A DNA stretch of 64,000 nucleotides from contig WELA01002708.1 of the NCBI GenBank assembly GCA_009602735.1, positions 1 to 64,000 on the forward strand, given 5' to 3'. Positions 9,802-19,059 of the stretch are shown piece by piece (position 1 is the stretch's first letter; the number at the start of each line of letters is the position of its first letter). A program made the position numbers and the translations under genes. The notes beneath the pieces are model-generated. The model searched no databases. It was not told where the DNA came from and was given only the letters and a program-made list of their open reading frames with translations. This DNA comes from Mesotaenium endlicherianum. Taxonomy: Eukaryota.

Positions 9802-9834
9802 TTTTCCCAAATTTAATGGAATTTTGTCTTTGTA

Positions 9835-11172
9835 TCAAATTTTTCTCGTTTTCCAACGACCGCTGTGCATATACCAGAATGAAGGAATCAACAGTGTAGA
9901 CCAGTAGATCACTTCACTGGCCCATCCCCAGGTAATGGGAAGGTTCAGTTTCTCAAGCACTATATAGTTATAGATGCAGTATAAAATGATTGCAGCAGTT
10001 TCTGTTGCCAGGTTCATTTTCGAATTGCCGGTACCAGTTACTGCATTCAACCAGATCACTGAAACAGACATGAGCACCAACGCAAACGATACGATCCGCA
10101 AAACAGGAATAGCCGCCTGGATAAAATCTTCGCCCTGTCCGTAAATAGACAAACAGGCATGCGGGAACAGGTTTAAGAATACACAAACAATCAGCGCGAA
10201 TCCCACGCTCCATTTAATCAATTTATGGATTAATTCTATTACCCGGTGGTGTATGTCCTGGCCAATGATATTACTAACCATAGTATTGGTAGTGGCAGCA
10301 AAAGCCCAGGTGAAACATCCAAAGAATCCAAAAATGTTCCGCATAGTATTCGATACGGCCAGGGCCTGGTCGCCATGGTGTTCTATCAGGATATAAAAGA
10401 ATTCCCAACTGGTAATACTGATGGTATGCTGCAATATCAGCGGCGAAGATTGTTTCAGGATCAGTTTTGTATTAGCCGCATCAAACCCCCAACTGCGGAA
10501 AAGTTGTAATTGCCGGCTGATCCCTTTTGCATGGATAACGATGAAGATAACGACCAGTCCGGCTATCTCTGCAACAACCGAAGCATAAGCCGCCCCATTG
10601 AATCCAAGAGCGGGTAATCCCATCTTTCCGTAGATCAAACAATAATCCAAAAAAATATTCACTACAGCTTCCGTAGCCGTTCCAAGGATCAGGTATTTGC
10701 TTTGATTGGTTCCCACCAACAGGGCATTACGCATTTGGTATACATAAAGAAAGGGGAGGCCAATGATGCGTATATTCAGGAATTGCACCGCCATTTTTAC
10801 CCCTTCTTCATCATGCAGCGACCAGTGCAACACCCTCGGAGCCACCAGCCAGGTAAGCAGGATGCCAATGGCCGCAAATACCAATGAAATACGTACACCT
10901 TGCCAGAACAGGTTGCCAATAGCATCTATGCGGTTCTCACCGGCGCGCCTGGAAATGAGCGCCTGTAAGCCATTATTCAGTCCATGGCCCACAACAGCAA
11001 AAATGAGATAATACACACCCGTGATTCCGGCAAGGGCCAGGGATTTTTGTCCCAGTCCGCCCAGGAAAATATTGTTGGTAATAAAATTGATCTGCGGTAC
11101 CACTATAGAAGCAGATATCGGCAGGGCAATGCTCAGTATCTGGCGGTTAGTGATCTTAACCTGTAAATTCAT
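9835..11172 (-). CDS. MATE family efflux transporter
   Basis: About 12 hydrophobic segments; ALPI, NIFLDYCLIYG...GFNGAAYAS. Confidence 0.9.
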   Translation of the reverse strand: MNLQVKITNRQILSIALPISASIVVPQINFITNNIFLGGLGQKSLALAGITGVYYLIFAVVGHGLNNGLQALISRRAGENRIDAIGNLFWQGVRISLVFAAIGILLTWLVAPRVLHWSLHDEEGVKMAVQFLNIRIIGLPFLYVYQMRNALLVGTNQSKYLILGTATEAVVNIFLDYCLIYGKMGLPALGFNGAAYASVVAEIAGLVVIFIVIHAKGISRQLQLFRSWGFDAANTKLILKQSSPLILQHTISITSWEFFYILIEHHGDQALAVSNTMRNIFGFFGCFTWAFAATTNTMVSNIIGQDIHHRVIELIHKLIKWSVGFALIVCVFLNLFPHACLSIYGQGEDFIQAAIPVLRIVSFALVLMSVSVIWLNAVTGTGNSKMNLATETAAIILYCIYNYIVLEKLNLPITWGWASEVIYWSTLLIPSFWYMHSGRWKTRKI

Positions 11173-11179
11173 ATAAAGG

Positions 11180-11187
11180 CAAAGCTA
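11180..11187 (-). promoter_or_regulatory. Bacteroidota sigma-A -7 box for the MATE gene
   Basis: TAGCTTTG on the minus strand just upstream of the start codon. Confidence 0.55.
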
Positions 11188-11231
11188 ACTCTTAACTTTT
11201 TTATATCATTGCATAGCAATTACACGTACAG

Positions 11232-12089
11232 ATGGCCAGAAAGATCGTTGGTTTTTATTGTGAAGACAGTGCGGCAACTGACAAACAGTTGGTGGTGGAA
11301 ATTGGCCGGCACCAATTTGCCTGCATGATTAAAAACACAGAGACGGACGAAGTGGAAGCTTTTGAATTGTTCCAGCTCGATGAAACACCGCAGGAATGGA
11401 ATGATGTGTTTTATGAGATCAGGCAATACTCAACCATATTACAGCAGTTTTGCAGCAGCATCCGCCTGTTTTATAATTTCGAGGAGGCCATGCTCATGCC
11501 CGGAGAACAAAAGAATATCGTAGCGGCCGAGGATCATCTTTCTTTATTGTATGGAGAATCGGAATGGCATGAACTCAAATACGACAAAATAGGCACAAAA
11601 GATCAGCTCCTGAATGCGTACCGCATACAGCGAAGCATCCATGAACTGGCAGGACGCTATTTTCCTTCACATGAAGTGCATCATGTATATGCTCCGTTAC
11701 TGGAAGATATTTTGTTGAGACACCGGCAGGACGGCAAGTTCATGAAACTGCAATTCTACAGTCACCACCTAGTACTGGTGTTGCTCAACGATCAGCAATT
11801 GCAACTGGTGCAATCATTCGAATACCAGACGGCAGAGGATGTATTGTATCACATGCTGAATACAGCACAGCAATTTGCATTGTCTCCTTCATCAATACCC
11901 GTGGAAGTGAGCGGCTTTTTCGATCGCGATGGAGAACTGCACCAACGACTTGCACAACTTTTTCAAACCGTGCAACTCGACGAAATAGTGGCTGGCGACA
12001 TCTTACAAAAAATAGCAGAAGCAGGTTACCCGTCTCATTACTTCACACCGTTCTTTAAACTGGCCGATTATGAGGATCATATCAGGTAA
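11232..12089 (+). CDS. DUF3822-like protein
   Basis: Position directly upstream of rsmD as in other Bacteroidota; C-terminal FEYQTAEDVLYH pattern. Confidence 0.7.
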   Translation: MARKIVGFYCEDSAATDKQLVVEIGRHQFACMIKNTETDEVEAFELFQLDETPQEWNDVFYEIRQYSTILQQFCSSIRLFYNFEEAMLMPGEQKNIVAAEDHLSLLYGESEWHELKYDKIGTKDQLLNAYRIQRSIHELAGRYFPSHEVHHVYAPLLEDILLRHRQDGKFMKLQFYSHHLVLVLLNDQQLQLVQSFEYQTAEDVLYHMLNTAQQFALSPSSIPVEVSGFFDRDGELHQRLAQLFQTVQLDEIVAGDILQKIAEAGYPSHYFTPFFKLADYEDHIR

Positions 12090-12609
12090 ATGGGGGGGGA
12101 GGAGGATCAATCCGCCTGCCAATATGCCGCATACCCGTCCCACTACCGATATTGCCAAGGAAGGCCTCTTCAACATATTGCAGAACCGCATGAATTTTGA
12201 AGGAGCCAAAACCCTCGACCTGTTTGGCGGAACAGGCAGCATCAGTTATGAACTGGCTTCGCGCGGCGCAGCCGATCTTACCATCATAGAGAAAGACAAT
12301 GCGATGCATGCTTTCATCCGTAAGAACGTAGACACGCTGGGGGTAGCCAATTGCCGGGTATTGAAGATGGATGTATTTTCCTACCTGGATTCAGTGACTG
12401 ATGGCTTTGATTTTATTTTCGCCGGACCGCCCTATGCACTCGGCACCATTGATGAGCTGCCGAAGATCATCGTTGCCAAAAAGATGATCAATGCAGGCGG
12501 TTTTTTTGTGCTGGAACATACACCCCGTAATGCCTACGAGCGTTTCGAAGGATTCAGTTTCGTGCGAAATTATGGAACCACCTTGTTTTCTTTTTTTGTT
12601 TGCTCATAG
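12070..12609 (+). CDS. rsmD: 16S rRNA (guanine966-N2)-methyltransferase
   Basis: MRIISGKWGGR, RPTTD, LDLFGGTGS, FAGPPY. Confidence 0.92.
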   Translation: MRIISGKWGGRRINPPANMPHTRPTTDIAKEGLFNILQNRMNFEGAKTLDLFGGTGSISYELASRGAADLTIIEKDNAMHAFIRKNVDTLGVANCRVLKMDVFSYLDSVTDGFDFIFAGPPYALGTIDELPKIIVAKKMINAGGFFVLEHTPRNAYERFEGFSFVRNYGTTLFSFFVCS

Positions 12610-12611
12610 TT

Positions 12612-13268
12612 ATGAACCCGATTTTCATTACAGGCATCGGTACCGATGTAGGAAAGACCATCGCAGCGGCTGTAGTAACAGAAGCGCTGGACGCTGATTA
12701 TTGGAAACCTGTTCAGGCGGGTTATGCAACCGGGACAGACACGCTCACCGTTGGCAGCCTGGTCAGTAATCCGCAAACAACGATACACCCCGAAGTGTAC
12801 AAACTGTCTACACCAGCGTCCCCGCATATTGCAGCACGCAACGAAGGGCTGACGATTGACCTGGCAACCATTCAATCAGCCGCCATCAACATAGAAAATG
12901 GTATTCAGGATAAACCTTTGGTAATAGAAGGAGCTGGCGGTTTATTGGTGCCATTGAATGAACATGAAACGGTGGCAGATATGATCCTGGCGCTGCGCGC
13001 AAAAGTGATACTGGTAAGCAGAAACTACCTGGGAAGCATCAACCATTCCCTGATGACGGCGAACTGTTGCAGAACTTACGGCATTCCCGTATTGGGATGG
13101 ATATTCAACGACGATTATATGCAGTACGAGCAGGAGATCGTTGACTGGACAGGCTATCCTTCTTTAGGTACCATACACCGCCTGGAGGAAATTAGCAGTT
13201 CAGCCATTCAAGCATTAGCTTTGCAAATGAAGCCCGCATTGATGAAAGCCATCAACCGAACAACATGA
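12612..13268 (+). CDS. bioD: Dethiobiotin synthase
   Basis: FITGIGTDVGKT, YWKPVQAG, IEGAGG, LGSINH. Confidence 0.95.
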   Translation: MNPIFITGIGTDVGKTIAAAVVTEALDADYWKPVQAGYATGTDTLTVGSLVSNPQTTIHPEVYKLSTPASPHIAARNEGLTIDLATIQSAAINIENGIQDKPLVIEGAGGLLVPLNEHETVADMILALRAKVILVSRNYLGSINHSLMTANCCRTYGIPVLGWIFNDDYMQYEQEIVDWTGYPSLGTIHRLEEISSSAIQALALQMKPALMKAINRTT

Positions 13269-13834
13269 CCAAACAGGAACTCAGGAAAATATACAAAGCC
13301 AAACGTATAGCCGAGGATCCGAAAAAAAGGCTCCGGCTGGATGACCTGATGTTGCTGCAATTCCAGGATTTCGATTATGGGGGCATTCACAGTTTACTTA
13401 CTTACTGGCCCATGGCCGAAAAAGGAGAACCCAATACGCACCTGTTCAGCAGTTACCTGCGGCACTTGTTACCCGGGCTCAGGATCACGTATCCTGTAAG
13501 CGATATGCATACGCACCAGATGCAGGCGATGCTCATTGATGAAGATACGGTGTATCGTACCAATGAATGGGGTATTACAGAACCACAAAAGGGAACGATC
13601 ATAGACCCGTCTGAAATAGACATGGTGCTGGTACCCATGCTTATCTGCGATGCAGAAGGATATCGCGTAGGATATGGCAAAGGCTTTTACGACCGGTACC
13701 TGGCACAATGCAGGAGCGATGTTGTTAAAATGGGATTGTCTTATTTTGAACCGGTAGCGTACATCTCAGACAGAGATCAATTTGATGTACCTTTGTCTTT
13801 CTGTATCACACCGCAACACATCTATGAATTTTAA
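13265..13834 (+). CDS. 5-formyltetrahydrofolate cyclo-ligase
   Basis: KQELR, WGITEP, RVGYGKGFYDRYL. Confidence 0.93.
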   Translation: MTKQELRKIYKAKRIAEDPKKRLRLDDLMLLQFQDFDYGGIHSLLTYWPMAEKGEPNTHLFSSYLRHLLPGLRITYPVSDMHTHQMQAMLIDEDTVYRTNEWGITEPQKGTIIDPSEIDMVLVPMLICDAEGYRVGYGKGFYDRYLAQCRSDVVKMGLSYFEPVAYISDRDQFDVPLSFCITPQHIYEF

Positions 13835-14909
13835 CACGATCTTTCTCAAATCATTCCGTGTTTTGCTTTTGCCGGTAGCGCTTGTATATGGTTGCATCGT
13901 GTACATTCGCAACCGCCTCTTCGATAAAAATTTCCTCAAATCTGCCGACTTCAATTTTCCCCTGGTATGTGTGGGTAACCTGGCGGTAGGAGGAACTGGT
14001 AAATCGCCGATGGTGGAATACCTCGTACGATTATTAAAACCCCAGTTCAAAGTAGGTACGCTGAGCAGGGGCTATAAAAGAAAGACCAGGGGCTATGCAC
14101 TGGCCAATGCCAATACCACCGCCCTGGAAATAGGCGATGAACCCATGCAGTTCCACATCAAGTTCCCGGATATACCTGTTGCAGTTGGTGAAGAGCGGCT
14201 GGTGGCCATACCGCAATTATTACAGGATGCACCCTGGTTAGAAGCCATCATTCTCGACGACGCTTTCCAGCACCGTTCTGTAAAAGCGGGGTTCAATATT
14301 TTATTAACAGATTACAGTAACCTGTACACGCACGACTTTTTTCTTCCCACGGGCGACTTGCGCGATGAACGGTCTTCGGCTAAAAGAGCGCAGGTGATCG
14401 TGGTAACCAAATGTCCGGCCGACCTGAGTCAGGAGAAAAAGCAGAAGATCATACGCAGCCTGCATCCTGCAGACAATCAGCGTGTGTTCTTTACCACCAT
14501 TGTGTATGGTACTCCTTATCACATCTGCGACAGGAATGATGAATGGCCACTTACACAACAGGATGAGGTGTTGCTGGTGTGCGGTATTGCCAATCCCAAA
14601 CCACTGAAAGATCACCTGCTGGAGTATACGCATACCTATTACCAGCAGGACTATTCAGACCACCATATTTTTTCTATCGATGACCTCAACGATATCAAAA
14701 GAAAATTCAGGGACATCCACGCAAGGGATAAACTGATCCTCACAACAGAAAAAGACGCCGTGCGCTTGTCGAAGTTCACGGAAGACCTGGCCGGCTTGCC
14801 CATGTATGTATTACCCATTCAATCCCGTTTCCTGTTTGAAGAAGGTGAACAATTTAATGCGGCGGTTACTGATTTTATCAGGAACTTTAGTCATCAGCAG
14901 ATAGTATGA
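13824..14909 (+). CDS. lpxK: Tetraacyldisaccharide 4'-kinase
   Basis: VGNLAVGGTGKSP, LSRGY, GDEP, LDDAFQH, TTEKD. Confidence 0.95.
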   Translation: MNFNTIFLKSFRVLLLPVALVYGCIVYIRNRLFDKNFLKSADFNFPLVCVGNLAVGGTGKSPMVEYLVRLLKPQFKVGTLSRGYKRKTRGYALANANTTALEIGDEPMQFHIKFPDIPVAVGEERLVAIPQLLQDAPWLEAIILDDAFQHRSVKAGFNILLTDYSNLYTHDFFLPTGDLRDERSSAKRAQVIVVTKCPADLSQEKKQKIIRSLHPADNQRVFFTTIVYGTPYHICDRNDEWPLTQQDEVLLVCGIANPKPLKDHLLEYTHTYYQQDYSDHHIFSIDDLNDIKRKFRDIHARDKLILTTEKDAVRLSKFTEDLAGLPMYVLPIQSRFLFEEGEQFNAAVTDFIRNFSHQQIV

Positions 14910-16915
14910 ATATGAAGAAGAAATCAAAACAGAAGCAAAGAACAAAAACCGTATCGGTTCAACAGATCAAAGGGCGACTGGAAGTAACAAGATCGGGTAT
15001 GGGTTATGTGATAGTAGAAAATGGCAGCGGGGATGTATTGGTGCGACCGGGTGATTTCAATACAGCCCTGAATGGAGATGTAGTAAGGGTAAAAGTTGTA
15101 AAAGAAAATACCCGCACCGGCAAAAAAGAAGGACGCATACTGGAAGTGGTGGAACGTAAACAAACAGAGTTCATCGGGCACCTGCAACTCTCTACCAATT
15201 ATGCTTTTTTTATTCCTGATACCGACAAGCCCATGCCGGACCTGTTCATACCCCTCACAGCAATCAACGGAGCCCAGAACAAAGACAGGGTAGTGGTGCG
15301 GTTGGTGAAATGGGATAAGGAAGACAAGAAGCCGGTGGGTGAAGTGATAAGCATCATGCATCCGGAAGATGAGAACGATGCCGCTATGAAAGAATTACTG
15401 GCGCAGGCGGGCTTCCCCTTGTTTTTTCCGGAAGATGTGTTGGAAGAATCGGAACGATTACCCGATCAACTGGCACAGGCAGAAATTGCCAAAAGAAAAG
15501 ATTGCCGCGATATACTCACATTTACCATCGACCCGGTGGATGCCAAGGATTTCGACGATGCCCTGTCGATACGCCAACTCAAAAACGGGAATTATGAAAT
15601 AGGCGTTCATATTGCCGATGTGAGTCATTATGTACACCCCGATTCCGAACTCGATGCAGAAGCATACAAGCGCGCTACTTCCGTTTACCTGCCCGATCGT
15701 GTGAATCCGATGTTGCCGGAGCGCATCTCCAATGAATTGTGTTCGTTGCGTCCGCATGAGGATAAATTCACTTTCTCCGCCATTTTTCAGATGACTACCA
15801 AAGGAGAAATCAAACAATACTGGCTGGGTAAAACAGTGATCCATTCCGATCATCGCTTTACTTACGAAGATGTGCAGGAGATCATTGAAAATAAAAAAGG
15901 ATTGTACCTGGAAGAGATAGTATTGCTGAACGATATGGCCCAGCGCCTCCGCAAAAAAAGATTCAGTAAAGGCGCCATCAATTTTTCTTCGCAGGAAGTG
16001 CGGTTCAAACTCGATGAAAAAGGTAAGCCAATTGGTATTGTGGTGAAAGAAAGCAAGGAAGCGCACCAGTTGATAGAAGAGTTCATGCTCCTGGCCAACA
16101 GAACGGTGGCTGAAAATGTTTCCAAACTGGAAGTAAACAAAAAGCCTATTCCTTTCCCTTATCGCGTACACGACCAGCCCGGTGAAGAGAAGCTGCGACC
16201 CTTCATGGATTTCGCAAGAAAATACGGACATAAGTTCAATATCAGTTCACCTGAAGCTATTGCCAAAAGTTTCAATGAGATGTTGCACGATGTGCAGGGC
16301 AAGCCCGAACAACATGTGCTGGAGCAGTTGGGTATCCGTACCATGGCTAAAGCGGTGTACACCACCGAAAACATCGGACACTATGGACTGGCATTCGAAC
16401 ACTACTGTCATTTCACTTCACCCATACGCCGTTACCCCGATGTATTGGTGCACCGCGTGCTGGAATCTGTACTGCAACAGAAACCCATCATCGATAAAAA
16501 AATGGAAGAGAAATGCAAGCACAGCAGTGAGCGGGAAAGAGCGGCCATGGAATGCGAGCGCGCCGGCAACAAATACAAACAGGTGGAATACATGCGCAAT
16601 TACCTGGGCGAAACATTCGAAGGAGTAGTAAGCGGTGTAGCCAGTTTTGGTTTCTGGGTAGAAACGATCGAACATAAATGCGAAGGGCTCGTAAGCCTGG
16701 TGAGTCTCTCAGACTACGATGATTTCCGGCTGGTAGAAAGCGATTACAGCCTGGTAGGCAGAAGAAGCGGCCGCCAATTCCGGATGGGCGATAAAGTGTT
16801 GATCAAAGTAATCGCTGCTAATTTGGAAAAGCGACAGTTGGATTATGAGTGGATGATCGATGGGGGCGATGAAAAAATCAAAATTAAAAAGACAAAAATC
16901 AAAAAGAAGCGCTGA
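14906..16915 (+). CDS. rnr: Ribonuclease R
   Basis: Cold-shock domains, RNB motif TIDPVDAKDFDDA, HFTSPIRRYPD, C-terminal S1 domain. Confidence 0.95.
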   Translation: MNMKKKSKQKQRTKTVSVQQIKGRLEVTRSGMGYVIVENGSGDVLVRPGDFNTALNGDVVRVKVVKENTRTGKKEGRILEVVERKQTEFIGHLQLSTNYAFFIPDTDKPMPDLFIPLTAINGAQNKDRVVVRLVKWDKEDKKPVGEVISIMHPEDENDAAMKELLAQAGFPLFFPEDVLEESERLPDQLAQAEIAKRKDCRDILTFTIDPVDAKDFDDALSIRQLKNGNYEIGVHIADVSHYVHPDSELDAEAYKRATSVYLPDRVNPMLPERISNELCSLRPHEDKFTFSAIFQMTTKGEIKQYWLGKTVIHSDHRFTYEDVQEIIENKKGLYLEEIVLLNDMAQRLRKKRFSKGAINFSSQEVRFKLDEKGKPIGIVVKESKEAHQLIEEFMLLANRTVAENVSKLEVNKKPIPFPYRVHDQPGEEKLRPFMDFARKYGHKFNISSPEAIAKSFNEMLHDVQGKPEQHVLEQLGIRTMAKAVYTTENIGHYGLAFEHYCHFTSPIRRYPDVLVHRVLESVLQQKPIIDKKMEEKCKHSSERERAAMECERAGNKYKQVEYMRNYLGETFEGVVSGVASFGFWVETIEHKCEGLVSLVSLSDYDDFRLVESDYSLVGRRSGRQFRMGDKVLIKVIAANLEKRQLDYEWMIDGGDEKIKIKKTKIKKKR

Positions 16916-18209
16916 AACTGATTCCCTGCTTGGCCAGTTCAGTCAGCACCGGCTGGTAAATAGCAGGAGCGATGGGAATATGCAATCCTCTCTCCGGTAT
17001 CTTACCTTCCAGCAATAAAATGGTTGCCATGCCCAGGGGTAATCCTACTGTTTTAGCCATGGCGGTATGTAAGCTGTTCTCACCTTTTACTATCAGGGAA
17101 CTTTTAATAGAATTGCTCTTGCCTTTCAATTCATACTCAATTTCATGTAACATCACGATCATGTCTTTGTCCTGCGGTTGCAGCGCCAGCTTTTTTTCCA
17201 ATAAATATTGCATGATATCGGCAGCAGTACAATCGCCGCGATCCAGCGTTTCATCGGAGTCGAAGCCCAGGAAACGGAATTGCTCCTGCACCACCGGGTT
17301 GTTCAATGTTGCTATGGAAAAATGAAGCTGGTGATGCTGCAAGTGTTGCTGCAGGAATGTTTTATTCGTTATGCGATCGGTTGGGTAGACAATGGTTTCA
17401 TCTGTCAGTTTCAATTGCACGATCCAATTCCATCCATTACAAAAATCGGGGTAACGTAGAGTGGTACGCAGAAATGTATCCACGCTGTTTAATCCATACG
17501 TATCAATATAACCCAGCGAATCGCGGTTCGGATACCATGCTAATTTACCCAGACCATCTATGTCAACTTCTTCGCAGTTGCTGAACATGTTTTGGTAAAT
17601 CCGTTCTTTGGTTACACCTCCTTCACGCCATATCGCCCCGGCTTTGCCCGACAATACTACGTTGCGTGGGTTCCAACTGATCTTATAATGCCAGGGATTG
17701 TTGTCACTCTCAGGCGCTACCAGTCCGCCGCAATGTGATTTTAAACTTTTAATAAAACCACCGGCATTGCTGATCTCATGGATCAGTTGCATGGCGCTCA
17801 TGTGATCGATACCGGGATCGAGTCCCATTTCACATAAAAACAACAGGTCTTTGTTGCGGATATCCTCTTCAAATGTTTTCAACTCCGGGTCGATATAAGA
17901 CGCGGTAAGCAAGTGTTTGCTCAATGCAAGACAATCCTTTGCCACCAATAAGTGCAGGGCAGGGGGCAGCATAGAAATCACTGCATCGGCCTCGCTGATC
18001 AGTTCATGGCGCCGTGTAATATCTAAGATGTCAAGCTGAACAACCCGGGCATTCGGGTGCGTACCTACTTTGCCCGAAGCCAATGCAAGGTCATGATCGG
18101 CCACAGTCAGCTGCCAATTCCGATCCAATACCTGTTCTTTCAGGTAATCGATGAGTACTGTGGCCGATTTCCCGGCGCCTAATAACAGGATATGCCTGGC
18201 TGGGTTCAT
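16899..18209 (-). CDS. Saccharopine dehydrogenase family protein
   Basis: LLGAGKS, EMGLDPGIDHM, SHCGGL, YKISWNP, MAKTVG; a TATATTTG box at 18215-18222 supports a start at 18209. Confidence 0.9.
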   Translation of the reverse strand: MNPARHILLLGAGKSATVLIDYLKEQVLDRNWQLTVADHDLALASGKVGTHPNARVVQLDILDITRRHELISEADAVISMLPPALHLLVAKDCLALSKHLLTASYIDPELKTFEEDIRNKDLLFLCEMGLDPGIDHMSAMQLIHEISNAGGFIKSLKSHCGGLVAPESDNNPWHYKISWNPRNVVLSGKAGAIWREGGVTKERIYQNMFSNCEEVDIDGLGKLAWYPNRDSLGYIDTYGLNSVDTFLRTTLRYPDFCNGWNWIVQLKLTDETIVYPTDRITNKTFLQQHLQHHQLHFSIATLNNPVVQEQFRFLGFDSDETLDRGDCTAADIMQYLLEKKLALQPQDKDMIVMLHEIEYELKGKSNSIKSSLIVKGENSLHTAMAKTVGLPLGMATILLLEGKIPERGLHIPIAPAIYQPVLTELAKQGISFSASF

Positions 18210-18278
18210 ATCACCAAATATATTTACAAATGGCTGTAACAAAACAGGCATTGGATCGTATGGGCAAAAAACACCGTT

Positions 18279-18995
18279 ATGAAAAAACGTTTTCTTTTCA
18301 TTGCTTTATGGGGATTGACCCTGTCGGTTGCCTATAGCCAAAAAACAGTAAAGGATGCCAATGCCGTTAGCCGGCAGGTAAGTGGTTTTCATGCCATTGA
18401 AATATCAGGCGGTATAGACCTTTACCTGAGCCAGGGCAATACAGAGGCCGTGGCGGTTAGTGCTGAGTACAACGAAGACCGCGACAGGATCGTGACCGAA
18501 GTAGAAAACGGGGTACTGAAAATATATTTCGAAAAGAAAAGCCTGGGTATCAACTGGAGAGGTGGCCGAAAAATGAAAGCCTATGTATCGGCCAAAACAA
18601 TAGACGCGCTGTCGGCCTCCGGCGGATCGGATGTACAGGTTGATGGTACTTTGAATGGCTCCGCACTGCATGTATCACTTTCAGGCGGCGCCGATTTCAA
18701 GGGAAGGGTAACCATGAACGAACTGGCTTTTTCAGCCAGTGGCGGCAGCGATGTATCGGTTTCCGGTAAGGCGGGAAAACTGAACCTGAAAGCCTCCGGC
18801 GGCAGCGATGTACATGCGTATGACCTCACCAGCGATTACTGTACTGTGAGCTCCAGCGGGGGCAGCGACGTATATGTTACGGTGAACAAAGAAATCAAAG
18901 CCGAAGCCAGCGGCGGCAGCGATGTACACTATAAAGGGGGCGCTGCTGTAACCAGTTCAAAAAGCGGCGGATCGAGCGTAAAAAAAGTGGGCTGA
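18279..18995 (+). CDS. DUF2807 (head GIN domain) secreted protein
   Basis: Signal peptide and repeated ASGGSDV beta-solenoid units. Confidence 0.85.
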   Translation: MKKRFLFIALWGLTLSVAYSQKTVKDANAVSRQVSGFHAIEISGGIDLYLSQGNTEAVAVSAEYNEDRDRIVTEVENGVLKIYFEKKSLGINWRGGRKMKAYVSAKTIDALSASGGSDVQVDGTLNGSALHVSLSGGADFKGRVTMNELAFSASGGSDVSVSGKAGKLNLKASGGSDVHAYDLTSDYCTVSSSGGSDVYVTVNKEIKAEASGGSDVHYKGGAAVTSSKSGGSSVKKVG

Positions 18996-19059
18996 AAGGG
19001 GCAAAAAAGGTATCTTCGCCGTTCTTGAAATTGCAAAAATCAAGTACGAGAACGAATTC

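Noticed and set aside
12092..12099. G8 tract in rsmD as a phase-variation switch
   Set aside because: It encodes Trp-Gly-Gly in frame in a housekeeping gene; no evidence of length variation from one sequence
15458..16231. Long antisense ORFs (this one, and others such as 7472-8215, 40103-40759, 56983-57696)
   Set aside because: They lie opposite well-supported genes and have no recognisable motifs; treated as shadow ORFs
16899..16915. 17-nt overlap of the convergent rnr and saccharopine dehydrogenase genes
   Set aside because: Short convergent overlaps are common and both proteins look complete
18610..18975. Repeated ggcggcagcgatgta units as a possible CRISPR array
   Set aside because: They are in-frame SGGSDV coding repeats of the DUF2807 protein; no cas genes
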